Shown one piece after another: positions 9,884 to 18,607 of a stretch of DNA of 52,944 nt (positions within the stretch are counted from its first letter, which is position 1; every line of letters begins with the position of its first letter). The notes under the pieces were generated by a model that did no database searches, was not told where the DNA came from, and saw only the letters and a list, made by a program, of their open reading frames with translations. The stretch is from a virus (lineage: Duplodnaviria > Caudoviricetes): positions 1 through 52,944 of the IMG/VR virus record IMGVR_UViG_3300009678_000068; one strand, 5' to 3'. A program made the position numbers and the translations under genes.

Positions 9884-10018
9884 TTACGTGCCTTTGCGCG
9901 CGCTGTGACGCGGTTGCTTGGTCTTGGTCGACGTGCTCTGGTTCTTCTCCCAGGAGCCCGCGACGGTCTTGGTCCCTGTCTTGTTACGCGGCTGCGTGCC
10001 GGTTTCTTTGTACGACAT
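9884..10018 (-). CDS. Small basic protein (44 aa)
   Basis: AGGAG RBS; MSYKETGTQPRNKTG... Confidence 0.45.
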   Translation of the reverse strand: MSYKETGTQPRNKTGTKTVAGSWEKNQSTSTKTKQPRHSARKGT

Positions 10019-10028
10019 GGCCTGTCTC

Positions 10029-10403
10029 CTAAGACGACGTTTTGGAGCCTCGCACTTTGGCCTTGGGCTTCGGCACCTTGTCTTGACGCGGCATACGCGC
10101 GCTCACAACCTGCGCCGGGCCTTTGAGCTTGCCGCTGCCGTTCGCTTGAGAACCCGTACCAGCGCCGTTGTCCCTCTTTGGCGCGGATTCCTCCGCCCGC
10201 ATGGCTGTGATGCCCCCGTGGCCGTTCGCGGTCTTGCTCAGCCTGGTCTTCATCTTCTCGAGGCGCTTTTGCACGGCCGGATGCTTGAGCACAGCCCGAC
10301 GCGCGAGGGCGGCAATATCGTAATCCAGGCCGTCGCGCTCGAAATCCATGAACACCGCGCCCACAGGGGACGAGGATTTCTTTGCTGGTTTCTTCGTCGC
10401 CAT
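10029..10403 (-). CDS. Basic hypothetical protein
   Basis: GAGG RBS, Lys-rich, co-oriented with the operon. Confidence 0.55.
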   Translation of the reverse strand: MATKKPAKKSSSPVGAVFMDFERDGLDYDIAALARRAVLKHPAVQKRLEKMKTRLSKTANGHGGITAMRAEESAPKRDNGAGTGSQANGSGKLKGPAQVVSARMPRQDKVPKPKAKVRGSKTSS

Positions 10404-10410
10404 CGCGTCC

Positions 10411-10590
10411 TCACTTCTTCGGCACGCGGGCTCCAGCCTTCCGTGCCTTGCTGAAAGCGATTGTTTTCTTCATAGCGGTTTTGCGCTCTGGCGATACCTC
10501 CGCACGCGTGACCGTGCTCGGTTCGTCCGTAAAGACCTCGCGCATCGCGGCTTCGACTTTTTGACGGCTCTTACTTTTTGCCTTTGGCAT
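10411..10590 (-). CDS. Small basic protein (DUF6496-like)
   Basis: GGAGG RBS; KVEAAMRE...AFSKARKAGARVPKK. Confidence 0.5.
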   Translation of the reverse strand: MPKAKSKSRQKVEAAMREVFTDEPSTVTRAEVSPERKTAMKKTIAFSKARKAGARVPKK

Positions 10591-10598
10591 ATACCCTC

Positions 10599-11861
10599 CT
10601 AGCCCTCTGGGCGTGAGAGCGCGACTTCCTGCGCGCGCCAACGACTGCGTTTCCAAGACCCCTCTTTCTCATACGGCCTGATCCAGGACGGGTCTTCGTC
10701 GAAGTAGGCCAGCGCCATGCCAATGCGCTTCCACTCGTCTTCGGTCAAGGCATGGCCCTTGGTGACGCGCATCTGGAAGTTCGACTCCTTGAGCCCCTCC
10801 AGGCCGATCGCCCGCGCCATGACCCGGCTGGCAATATGGCGCACTTCCAGTTGCCGGCGCAGCCAGGCGGCTTTCTGCGCCGTGGTTTTGGTCTGTGCAC
10901 CCGGCACCACCGCCATCGACGGCGTCAGATGCCCGTTAAAGATCGTCGGCACCTCCTCGCCCTCTTCCAGGGGAACCTCCTCGCCCTCTTCGTCTGTTTC
11001 GGGAGACACTGGCGTCTCGGGAGACGCTGGCGTCTCGGGAGACGCTGGCGTCTCGGGAGACGCTGGCGTCTCCCCCCCCAGCGCGAACACGTCGTCGTCT
11101 TCAATCAGCTCCGGCTCACGCTGGGAGGACCGTTCTTCGAGGAGCCTGGCCATCGCAACCTCCAGGCCAGCGCGCGTCAGTCCCAGCTCGCGCATGATTC
11201 CCTTGTCCGACCAGTCCAGGGCTTTGAGGCGCAAGAACTGGACATAGACGCTGTCGTCAATGTGCATAGCAGCGCGTTCCTGCGCATCGGTGAAGGCGAT
11301 GTTGTCCCAATTCATGCGCAGCTTGCGCAGGTCAACCATGGGAGGTGACGTGGGCCTGATGGCTTCGATGCTGGTAAAGAAGGGGCTATCGTTGGTCGGG
11401 TCGAGAATCTGCCGGACGTTCATCCAGGCGATGGCTTTTGAGGCTTTGTAGTGCTGCCAAGCCAGCTCCATGTCGACGTTGTACTCACTCGGGTCGTTCG
11501 CCATGTTGGCCGACAGCATGCCCTGCGTAATATCCTTGCGCAGCTCGTCCTCCAGCATGGCATACTTATTGCGCTGAATCGGCGTCAGGTCGCCGGGAGG
11601 CCGGGAGGCGTCCAGCGTCGCCTGGTTCTTCTCCAGGAGCGTCCGCACGTGATCCTGGTCAGGCGCACTGCCGCCGCGCAGGCGCTCGGGCATCTGATCC
11701 CCAAAGAGGCGCTCGCCGTCAAACTGGCTGCGCCCCTCTAAGGCCCAAGACAACTCTTGCTGCTCGCGCTCCAGGCGGCGTAACTCGTCGGGCTTGCCAT
11801 ACCGAAACCGGGACAACTGCTGAATACTGAGGATCTCGTTTCCTGCAGGATGCTCCATCAA
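10599..11861 (-). CDS. Hypothetical protein with acidic linker and possible C-terminal HTH
   Basis: 420-aa ORF containing TPASPE repeats. Confidence 0.65.
   Translation of the reverse strand: MMEHPAGNEILSIQQLSRFRYGKPDELRRLEREQQELSWALEGRSQFDGERLFGDQMPERLRGGSAPDQDHVRTLLEKNQATLDASRPPGDLTPIQRNKYAMLEDELRKDITQGMLSANMANDPSEYNVDMELAWQHYKASKAIAWMNVRQILDPTNDSPFFTSIEAIRPTSPPMVDLRKLRMNWDNIAFTDAQERAAMHIDDSVYVQFLRLKALDWSDKGIMRELGLTRAGLEVAMARLLEERSSQREPELIEDDDVFALGGETPASPETPASPETPASPETPVSPETDEEGEEVPLEEGEEVPTIFNGHLTPSMAVVPGAQTKTTAQKAAWLRRQLEVRHIASRVMARAIGLEGLKESNFQMRVTKGHALTEDEWKRIGMALAYFDEDPSWIRPYEKEGSWKRSRWRAQEVALSRPEG
11001..11072. repeat. 4 x 18-bp tandem repeat GGGAGAC(G/A)CTGGCGTCTC
   Basis: Directly visible; encodes ETPASP; each unit is a mini-hairpin. 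Confidence 0.95.
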
Positions 11862-11886
11862 AACCCCTTTCTGAAGACGGCCTCCT

Positions 11887-12114
11887 TCAGGCGCTCTGGC
11901 TCACCTTCTTAAACGTCATGCCAGCCTTGGCGCTGCCACCGCCCGGACTGACTCTGGTGGGTTCCCGCAGCTCCCCAGGCGCCTTGCCAGGCTTACTGCC
12001 GGAGCCATGGCCGGAGACGCTGTAGCGCTTGCCAAGCGTCGTGGTGCCGCAGTCTTTACAGACGGTCGAGCCTTTCACTTTGGTGCCGCTGTCGTCACTT
12101 AAACTTGCGTTCAT
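11887..12114 (-). CDS. Small basic hypothetical protein
   Basis: AGGAG RBS; CxxC motif. Confidence 0.5.
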   Translation of the reverse strand: MNASLSDDSGTKVKGSTVCKDCGTTTLGKRYSVSGHGSGSKPGKAPGELREPTRVSPGGGSAKAGMTFKKVSQSA

Positions 12115-12125
12115 GCCACTACTCC

Positions 12126-12155
12126 TAGCATAGGTTACAAAACACTAGGTACAAT
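12126..12155 (+). promoter_or_regulatory. Promoter, shared motif copy 1 (upstream of HNH gene)
   Basis: TAGCAT-aggttacaaaacactagg-TACAAT; near-identical to the motif before terL. Confidence 0.65.
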
Positions 12156-12273
12156 TTAGGTATACTTACGCTCGGCACAGATAGCGCTGGCCTCATGAAC
12201 TAGCGCGACAAGCCTGTCCGCACAGGTTTCTGTGCTACACACTATGCGGAAGCAACTCATGCGGAGGTTGCAC

Positions 12274-13003
12274 ATGCCACGCAAACCACTCACGCCTGAA
12301 CAACGTACCAAAGCCGCTGCCGCAACCGCAGCATGGCAAAAAGCCAATCCTGAAAGACATCGAGCCAATCAAAAACGCTGGGAAGGACTCCATCGCGAAC
12401 AAGAACGTGAACGTTCACGCATGCGCGCAGCAGCAGATCCAGAAAAAGCCCGCACCGCCTCACAATTTCCTCCGGGAAGCCCAACCTCTCGGAGGTTGGG
12501 AGGGATAGGAGGTTGGCCGCAGGCCAATTCCTTGTTGGCGTGTCGCCAATTCCCTCTGCGCAGAGCGCACATTCCCTGGCATAGGTCACAATATACGAGA
12601 TACACTTTCCCTGAGTGCTGTAGACACTCTCCTTGGAGAGCAACGGTTTCAGGGCACTCGGTTCCTTGACAAGTTGATCTAGGTGGTTGCGGGAACTCAA
12701 TCGTTTTGCCCGCGTAAAAGATCAAAACGTTTCCTGAACGTTGGAACGCGCTGGGTGTAATGCCCAGCACTAGGGGTGCTAAAGATGCTCTCCGTAAGGA
12801 GAGACGGTGTAAGCCATCCTGATTGATACGCCCCGATCTTGGTCGGGAGTGTAAAGCCCAAGGATTTATCCTTGGGTGTGCTTACTGCACTAGAAAACAA
12901 TGGACCCAATACCATCTGGAACGTTCTTGCTGCCTGTCGTATCTGCAACGCCAAAAAAGGCACTAGGCATGCCCCTGGCCCTGTACAGCCCTTGCTCTTA
13001 TGA
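12274..13003 (+). pseudogene. Free-standing HNH endonuclease disrupted by an IS200/IS605-like element
   Basis: GGAGG-ATG N-terminal part MPRKPLT...DPEKARTAS; C-terminal part ALENNGPNTIWNVLAACRICNAKKG...QPLLL*; the central CxxC/DH segment is missing. Confidence 0.75.
12464..12885 (+). mobile_element. Non-autonomous IS200/IS605-like element with omegaRNA-like RNA
   Basis: Follows TCAC; subterminal hairpins CCCAACCTC-GAGGTTGGG and CCCAAGGAT-ATCCTTGGG; ends GTGCTTAC; GNRA loops; homologous to 52237..52660. Confidence 0.7.
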
Positions 13004-14413
13004 GGGCAACATGCCTATGATCCAGCGCCATTCTGGTATAACTTGAACTGACCAGGCACCATACCCTGACCACTTCAACTGCTTCGTCTCAAAGTCTCTG
13101 CAACTGTTCATGGCGGGGCTCTTTATCCTCGCCTCCCCACTTTCGTGGGGTATCGGACTATCTCATCATCCTTAACAGGATGCCGGGCGCTCGTGGGCGG
13201 GTTATTGGGTGGCTCCTCACCGCCTAGTCTCTAGAGGTTCGCTGTACTTCCATGCCTTTCCAGCGCTTCCTACGGGATTACCCTCTGCGGCTTCCCCGTT
13301 TCACCCGGTGCACTCATCAAGATTACTCTTGCGAGGGACCAGTAGACTCGATCATTTCGTACTCTGGCTTACAGTGCTGTTATCGGCGGGGTTCTTTATC
13401 CCCGCCTTCTGCATGTCACCATGCAGCTCCGACTATCTCATCACCTCTATAGGTGTCGGGCGCTCGTGGGTGGCTTATTGCTGGGCTGCTCACCACCTAG
13501 TCTGTAGACCTTCGTGTGTACTCTCATGCCATTCCACACGCTTGGTACGGGATTGCCTCAGTGAGGGTTTCCCCGTTTCACCCGATTTATACTGGACTAG
13601 CTAGTTATTATTAATCCAGTCCCACCAGATACAGGACTCTTCGCGCAGGTTCTTGTTGACCAGGTACGACGCGTTGACGTTGGTCAAGCGGTTCCAGATA
13701 ATCAACTCCGCCGTGTCCTGCTCGGGGTTCACGTTGCCGAACGCGGTATCGAGGCCGCGAGGCGTGCGGAGAATCTCCAGAGCGCGCGGCTCATTTTCGA
13801 TAGACGTCCACAGCTCATCGCCCACGATATCGGTCAGGTCCCCGCGGTCGTTCCTGAACCGGCGCATGAGAATCCGCGCCGCGCGGTACGTGGTCGGGCC
13901 AAACGCTCCTACCAGGTAATTACTGAAGCCGCTCGCCACCGACACCCCAGGCGTGCGCGTCTGGTGCGCCGCAGAGATCAACGGCACAGGCTCCGTGGAC
14001 TCCCAGAACGTCGTGTTGATCGACGTGGCGCTGTTAAAGATCGTCGCCGCGTGCGTCTGCCGCGTGATCAACCCGGAACGGACGATTTTGCGAAACCTAT
14101 CGGCACGTTTTAATATGCCTGTTAGGTCCGATTCGTACATCCTTCTAGTTATATTCATACCCTGACTAAATTCTCTATGAGTGGCCACACTGGCATATTG
14201 CTCATAGAACCTATCGTAGTCAATAGAGCCAGTAAAGGCGCCCCACTGCTGCGCCTCACCAACGCTCGAAATCCTTTCCGTGGCGCGGTCAGAGTCGCGC
14301 ACGGTGCACAGACGCGGGATGTAATCGCGCTGATCGGATAGTTCTTTGTCAATTACCTCACGATATCTCTCATCAATAAGGGTAGCAAATGCGTTGAAAT
14401 CCATTACCGGCAT
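12998..14413 (-). CDS. Major capsid protein, spliced (exons 14413-13614, 13371-13351, 13100-12998; 307 aa)
   Basis: Mu gpT-like/HK97-fold pattern. Splicing gives ...WWDWI-KPEYEMI-RDFETKQLKWSGYGAWS...EWRWIIG, the expected C-terminus. Joined length is 924 nt, in frame. Confidence 0.85.
13101..13350 (-). ncRNA. Group I intron 2 in capsid gene (250 nt, no ORF)
   Basis: 5' exon ends in U (GAU pairs with GUC); P10 CAGAGA/UCU(A)CUG; P7 GACUA/UAGUC; terminal G. Confidence 0.85.
13372..13613 (-). ncRNA. Group I intron 1 in capsid gene (242 nt, no ORF)
   Basis: P1: exon ACUGGAU pairs with IGS GUCCAGU including the U-G wobble; P7 GACUA/UAGUC; terminal G. Confidence 0.88.
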
Positions 14414-14613
14414 AAATCATTTCCTTTCAATGACTTATACAGTTAATTATCTGTTATTTTTAGAGTCCTTTCTATTTTCAATGGCTCTAGGCCATTCCAT
14501 AGGATATAATTTACTACATGGCTGGGTAGCGGGTCGCTCCCGCTCGCAAGCCGTGGGGGCCTACATCCTCTGTGGGCCCAGCCACCCCTTAACCTATGTA
14601 GGAGGTTGCCCCG

Positions 14614-14847
14614 ATGGCCCTTATCCAACTCGAGACGTATGACGCCCTTCAGGCCGCTGGCACCCCCGAGCCCCAGGCACGCGCTGCAGCAGAGGCGGCA
14701 GCTGATATTGAGCTGCGTCATACCGTCATGGCCGAGCGCTTGAACGGGATCGACAGCAAGCTCACGATCATTTTGTGGGTAACAGGCATCGGCTTTTCTG
14801 CGATGCTCGCGGCATTCTGGCAAATTTTCCTGCGCCTGCCGCGTTAA
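14614..14847 (+). CDS. DUF1640/CCDC90-like small coiled-coil + TM protein (moron)
   Basis: GGAGG RBS; YDALQAAG.PE.QARAAAEA, C-terminal TM; TATAAT upstream at about 14505. Confidence 0.7.
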   Translation: MALIQLETYDALQAAGTPEPQARAAAEAAADIELRHTVMAERLNGIDSKLTIILWVTGIGFSAMLAAFWQIFLRLPR

Positions 14848-14860
14848 GGAGTCTCCCCCC

Positions 14861-15229
14861 ATGGACACACCCGATCCAACCTCGTCCCCGCTCGCACTGC
14901 TGCAGATGGCCCAGGCCACCCATGAACAGGCACTCCGGCTGCACCGTGACAGTCTCGACCGTCACGACGCCATCCTGAGTAGTCATCAGACCCAGATGCA
15001 CCTGCTGGTGGACATGCAGGCCTCGCAGACACGCACCCAGCAGTCGTTGCGTGATCTGCACACGCGCCTTACCGACAACCAGATTGCCTGTGCGGCAACA
15101 CTGGCGCAGCATGGCTCACGACTCAGCGCCGTGGAAGCCGCCACGCTCCAGCTGGCCGACGCCATAGGCCGGATCACCAGCACGCTTGAAGCCATCAAAG
15201 ACCTGCTTGGACGCTCGAACGGGCACTAA
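14861..15229 (+). CDS. Coiled-coil hypothetical protein (moron)
   Basis: AAGGAG RBS; heptad repeats. Confidence 0.65.
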   Translation: MDTPDPTSSPLALLQMAQATHEQALRLHRDSLDRHDAILSSHQTQMHLLVDMQASQTRTQQSLRDLHTRLTDNQIACAATLAQHGSRLSAVEAATLQLADAIGRITSTLEAIKDLLGRSNGH

Positions 15230-15248
15230 CCTCGGAAGGACGCCCCCT

Positions 15249-15383
15249 ATGCTGCTCATCCCCCTGGCGTTCCTCGTGATTGTCGCCCTGGTCTGGGTCG
15301 AAGTCCACTGCCCAGGCCTGCCCAGGGCTCTCTTGATCGTCCTCGTCCTGTGGTGGCTCTACACCACCATTGCGTACCCCTGA
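15249..15383 (+). CDS. Small 2-TM protein
   Basis: AAGGA RBS; MLLIPLAFLVIVALVW... Confidence 0.45.
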   Translation: MLLIPLAFLVIVALVWVEVHCPGLPRALLIVLVLWWLYTTIAYP

Positions 15384-15439
15384 AACGAAAAAGGCCGATT
15401 TCAGCGACTTTTTGGCCTTTTTCGTCAAGGCATCGCTTC

Positions 15440-16228
15440 CTACGTCGCGCTGAGCCAGTGGTCTGCAAACAGACAGTCCACCCACGCCGTATCGGTGGCT
15501 TCATCGATCACCACGTTCATCACCTTGAGCGCCGCGCCGGTGCCGGTGGCAATCAGGCCGTTGGCTTCGGTGAGATCCGTCGTGAGCTGCACCGTGGCGC
15601 CCGCTTTCGAGTACGGCACGCGGATAAACGTATCGCCCACCGCAATCGGATTGACAAACGCCACTTCGACGCGCTCATCAATCGGCGGGCCGGTGGTGTG
15701 CGTCACGAGCCGGCGTACCTGGCCCCCGTTCGCGCCAGTCCTGCCCTTGATGAGTCCGCCAGCCATCGATACCGCGCCGAGCCCTACGTCGGTCACAATC
15801 AGCTTCGTGGCGTCTGCCGTCGAGTTCACCAGGACGTTGGCTGGCGTCGTCGGAGACACCGGAAGCCCGGCCCCGCTCGTCGCCCCGCCAGCGATACGAA
15901 ACCGACAAATTTGCAGCGGGTGATTGACAATTCTGGCCACCGCACCCATCAGCTCATTGCCGCCCAGGAGCCCAAAGGGACTGCTCAGCCCCGCCCCCAT
16001 GGCTGGCGCGGCATTGTACTGCACGGTGTCACTGTAGAGGCCGATCGCGTCCACTGCAGCCGTCGCCGCGGCGTTCACGACCTCACCAGCGGAGTCGACT
16101 GCCGTGGAGCGCAGCGCCACCGCGCCGGCCAGACAGTTCGCGTCAAGCAGGTAATCGCTGAAAAAATCCCCACTCTGTAGCCCGAGAATCTTCAGGACAT
16201 AGGCCACGTCTGCTCCTTTCGTTGACAC
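15440..16228 (-). CDS. Probable capsid decoration/cement protein
   Basis: Ala/Gly/Thr-rich, upstream of MCP; the true start may be slightly downstream (AAGGAG then GTG). Confidence 0.55.
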   Translation of the reverse strand: MSTKGADVAYVLKILGLQSGDFFSDYLLDANCLAGAVALRSTAVDSAGEVVNAAATAAVDAIGLYSDTVQYNAAPAMGAGLSSPFGLLGGNELMGAVARIVNHPLQICRFRIAGGATSGAGLPVSPTTPANVLVNSTADATKLIVTDVGLGAVSMAGGLIKGRTGANGGQVRRLVTHTTGPPIDERVEVAFVNPIAVGDTFIRVPYSKAGATVQLTTDLTEANGLIATGTGAALKVMNVVIDEATDTAWVDCLFADHWLSAT

Positions 16229-16294
16229 GCGTCCCAGCGCAGAGAAAGCCAGCGACCCTCCCCCCGGAGGTCATCCTCTGCGCTCGGACGCGGC

Positions 16295-16636
16295 CTAGCG
16301 CACGCGACGGCGGTCTCTGACAGACACACGATCACGTTCCTGCGTTGCCGTAGCCAAGTGGTGGCTACGCTCCGTGACCTGATAAAAGCGTGTATCCGTA
16401 CACTGATACAGACTGACCAGGTCTTCCTTCCGACAGTAATCACAGCGCCCCGAGCCATGCAGCACGGTCATCTCTTGATAATGCAGTTTCTGCTGCCAGC
16501 GCCAGGGCATCTTCGTGGTCGCACAGCCCTTGCAGAGCGCAATGGTTCTTTGCAGATTCACCAGGTCCCAGAGCCAGCTGGCGTCAGACATCTTGCGGCG
16601 AATGGCCCAGGACTTGATACGCGCGGTCACCGCCAT
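16295..16636 (-). CDS. Zn-finger hypothetical protein
   Basis: Two CxxC motifs; GAGG RBS. Confidence 0.55.
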   Translation of the reverse strand: MAVTARIKSWAIRRKMSDASWLWDLVNLQRTIALCKGCATTKMPWRWQQKLHYQEMTVLHGSGRCDYCRKEDLVSLYQCTDTRFYQVTERSHHLATATQERDRVSVRDRRRVR

Positions 16637-16639
16637 ACG

Positions 16640-16933
16640 TCACCTCTTGAGCGGGCCGGCGGCGCCGTCCAGAAAACGCGGGCTAAAGCAAAATGGACAC
16701 GCAGCATACGGCGCAAGAACGCCCTCAACCGTCTTGTTGATCGCCTGCATGTCGATTTCCCCACCTGGCAACTTGGCAAAGTACACGCTGCCAGTGGTCA
16801 CATAACTGGCAGGGCACTCTTCAGGGCTCTGCGTCCGGTCCATGTCCAGATACTGCGAGCACACCTTGCAGCGCACCATCGTGCGGTCAATCGGCGGGAC
16901 GCCCCGATGGTAGACGGTCAGGCGTGAGGGCAT
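16640..16933 (-). CDS. Zn-finger hypothetical protein
   Basis: CKVC and CPFC motifs; start uncertain. Confidence 0.5.
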   Translation of the reverse strand: MPSRLTVYHRGVPPIDRTMVRCKVCSQYLDMDRTQSPEECPASYVTTGSVYFAKLPGGEIDMQAINKTVEGVLAPYAACPFCFSPRFLDGAAGPLKR

Positions 16934-17277
16934 CAGAGGGACTCCCGAGAGATGACCGGCGACTCCGGCGCGAGTGACGCCACCAGTGCTTGCAGACGCA
17001 GGTACTTTTGTTCGGTCGTGTGCCCGTCCCAATCGTTCTGTGTCTGACTGCTTGGTAAGTGGTCAAACAGCCCCAGCTCACTATCGTGGATATGCCAGGT
17101 CATTTGCCCCTGCGGGGTATGCACACACACGATCCAGCGCCAGTCCTCGTCCCACGGATCGGTCTCAGGATGGCGCATCAGATGTGCCCCGTAGCACGTC
17201 GTGAGAAACGCCACAAGCTGGTTGCGCTCGTGATACGCCGCGTCTAAAGCCGCTCGCAATTCCTGGGCATCCTTCAA
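16933..17277 (-). CDS. Conserved phage hypothetical protein (WDGH motif)
   Basis: AYHERN.LVA...P.GQMTWH...WDGHTTE.KY.RL. Confidence 0.7.
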   Translation of the reverse strand: MKDAQELRAALDAAYHERNQLVAFLTTCYGAHLMRHPETDPWDEDWRWIVCVHTPQGQMTWHIHDSELGLFDHLPSSQTQNDWDGHTTEQKYLRLQALVASLAPESPVISRESL

Positions 17278-17286
17278 AGCCGTCTC

Positions 17287-18303
17287 CTAGCCGATACGGA
17301 TCGGTTGCCCGGACCTATACATATCCAGGCGCGACTGGTATTTCTGTGGACTCGACTTTTTCCAGCGCTCGACGAACTTCTTGGCAACGCCTTCGACGGT
17401 CTTCGGCCAGTCGTCGGGGAGCGTGCGGGATTGGATTTGCTGCCGGATTTCGCGCTGTTCTTCCGCCGTGAGGAGCTGCAGCGGAGAGGTTTCGTGATCG
17501 TTTGCGGTGCTGCGGGTCGTGCCATTGCCGCCCTGTGCGGCGCCACGCCGGCGCGCTTCTTCCTTGCGCCCTTCGTTGCGCGCCAGGTCGGCCTGAATAC
17601 GCGGCGCCAGGTAGCCCACAATGCGCATGTCGACGCGCTTGCGCTCCACCCCATCGGGCGAGTACGCCTCCCGGACAGCGGTGGGATCATCGTTGGGGAA
17701 CATGAGCCTGAAACGGGGGTGCGCTGCCTCCGCTTCGTAGCGCTCGTAGAGTTGGCGGTACAACGGGCTTTTCGGGTCATTGAGTTCAGGATAATCCTGA
17801 ATGACCATATCGGAGTATTGGGCGGGTTTCACCACCGTAGACAGCGTCGACAGCACGCGTTCTTCGGCCTGCTGGTTCATCTGTTGTTCATAGCGCGCGA
17901 TGGTGGCATTGTCGCTGTTTAAGTACGCTTCCACCGCTTGCGCAAAACTGATCATCTGGCCCGACGGTGCCGGGGGTTGCCCACCTTGGGGGCCCTGGCC
18001 AGCCGAGTACCGACGCTCAAAGTCTTGCAGGCGTTGGTCGCGAGCGGCAATTTCATCACGCAGGCGCTGGGTTTCCGTATAGGACCCGCTGACCTGCTGT
18101 TTGTAGCGCGTATGGGTATTCACCAGGGCGTCTTCGCTGTCGTAGCCTAGACGCTCCCAGAGGGGTTCGGCGGTCTGTGTGGAAGAAGACGTATCAGACG
18201 ACTGGTCATCGCCTTCGTACCCGGAATCACTGGAAACGTCTGCGTTGTCCGTCGTAACGGGGGCAGCGCCCTCAGTGGACTCAACGGAGGTTTCTTCTGC
18301 CAT
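17287..18303 (-). CDS. Capsid scaffolding protein
   Basis: Acidic disordered N-terminus and coiled coil; lies between portal and capsid genes. Confidence 0.65.
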   Translation of the reverse strand: MAEETSVESTEGAAPVTTDNADVSSDSGYEGDDQSSDTSSSTQTAEPLWERLGYDSEDALVNTHTRYKQQVSGSYTETQRLRDEIAARDQRLQDFERRYSAGQGPQGGQPPAPSGQMISFAQAVEAYLNSDNATIARYEQQMNQQAEERVLSTLSTVVKPAQYSDMVIQDYPELNDPKSPLYRQLYERYEAEAAHPRFRLMFPNDDPTAVREAYSPDGVERKRVDMRIVGYLAPRIQADLARNEGRKEEARRRGAAQGGNGTTRSTANDHETSPLQLLTAEEQREIRQQIQSRTLPDDWPKTVEGVAKKFVERWKKSSPQKYQSRLDMYRSGQPIRIG

Positions 18304-18393
18304 AGCTCTATCCCAAAAAAAAGGACAAGGACTCCAAGAGTCCTCATCCATTTTTTAGGGTAGAGGGCACCCACCCAAGACAAAATAGACTTA

Positions 18394-18594
18394 TTAGCGC
18401 GTGACGCTAGCACGCGTTCCTGCACCTGTCAACGCCAAACGTATGCCGTCCACCTGCGAGGCGTGCTTCACAATGGGCATGAGGGTGATAGACGCGATAG
18501 CGTGATCGTGCACCCGCACCTGGACTTCCCCGTACCCATGCTCCAAGAGTTCGTCCAGGAGTTGTTGGACATGCGTTGCATCAAGCGCGGCCAC
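18394..18594 (-). CDS. DUF2292-like small protein
   Basis: LEHGYGEVQVRVHD motif. Confidence 0.5.
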   Translation of the reverse strand: MAALDATHVQQLLDELLEHGYGEVQVRVHDHAIASITLMPIVKHASQVDGIRLALTGAGTRASVTR

Positions 18595-18607
18595 GGCAGC
18601 CCTCCTT

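Noticed and set aside
12464-12885. IscB-type omegaRNA on the minus strand, or an inverted piece of the HNH gene
   Set aside because: GNRA loops, G-U pairs, promoter direction and homology to the 52.2 kb element favour the + strand; no HNH core motif was found in any frame.
13101-13613. tRNA or simple tandem duplication
   Set aside because: No cloverleaf; the similarity is confined to group I core elements.
13601-14413. Complete 270-aa or truncated pseudogene capsid protein
   Set aside because: The stop lies within intron 1; splicing restores the C-terminus.
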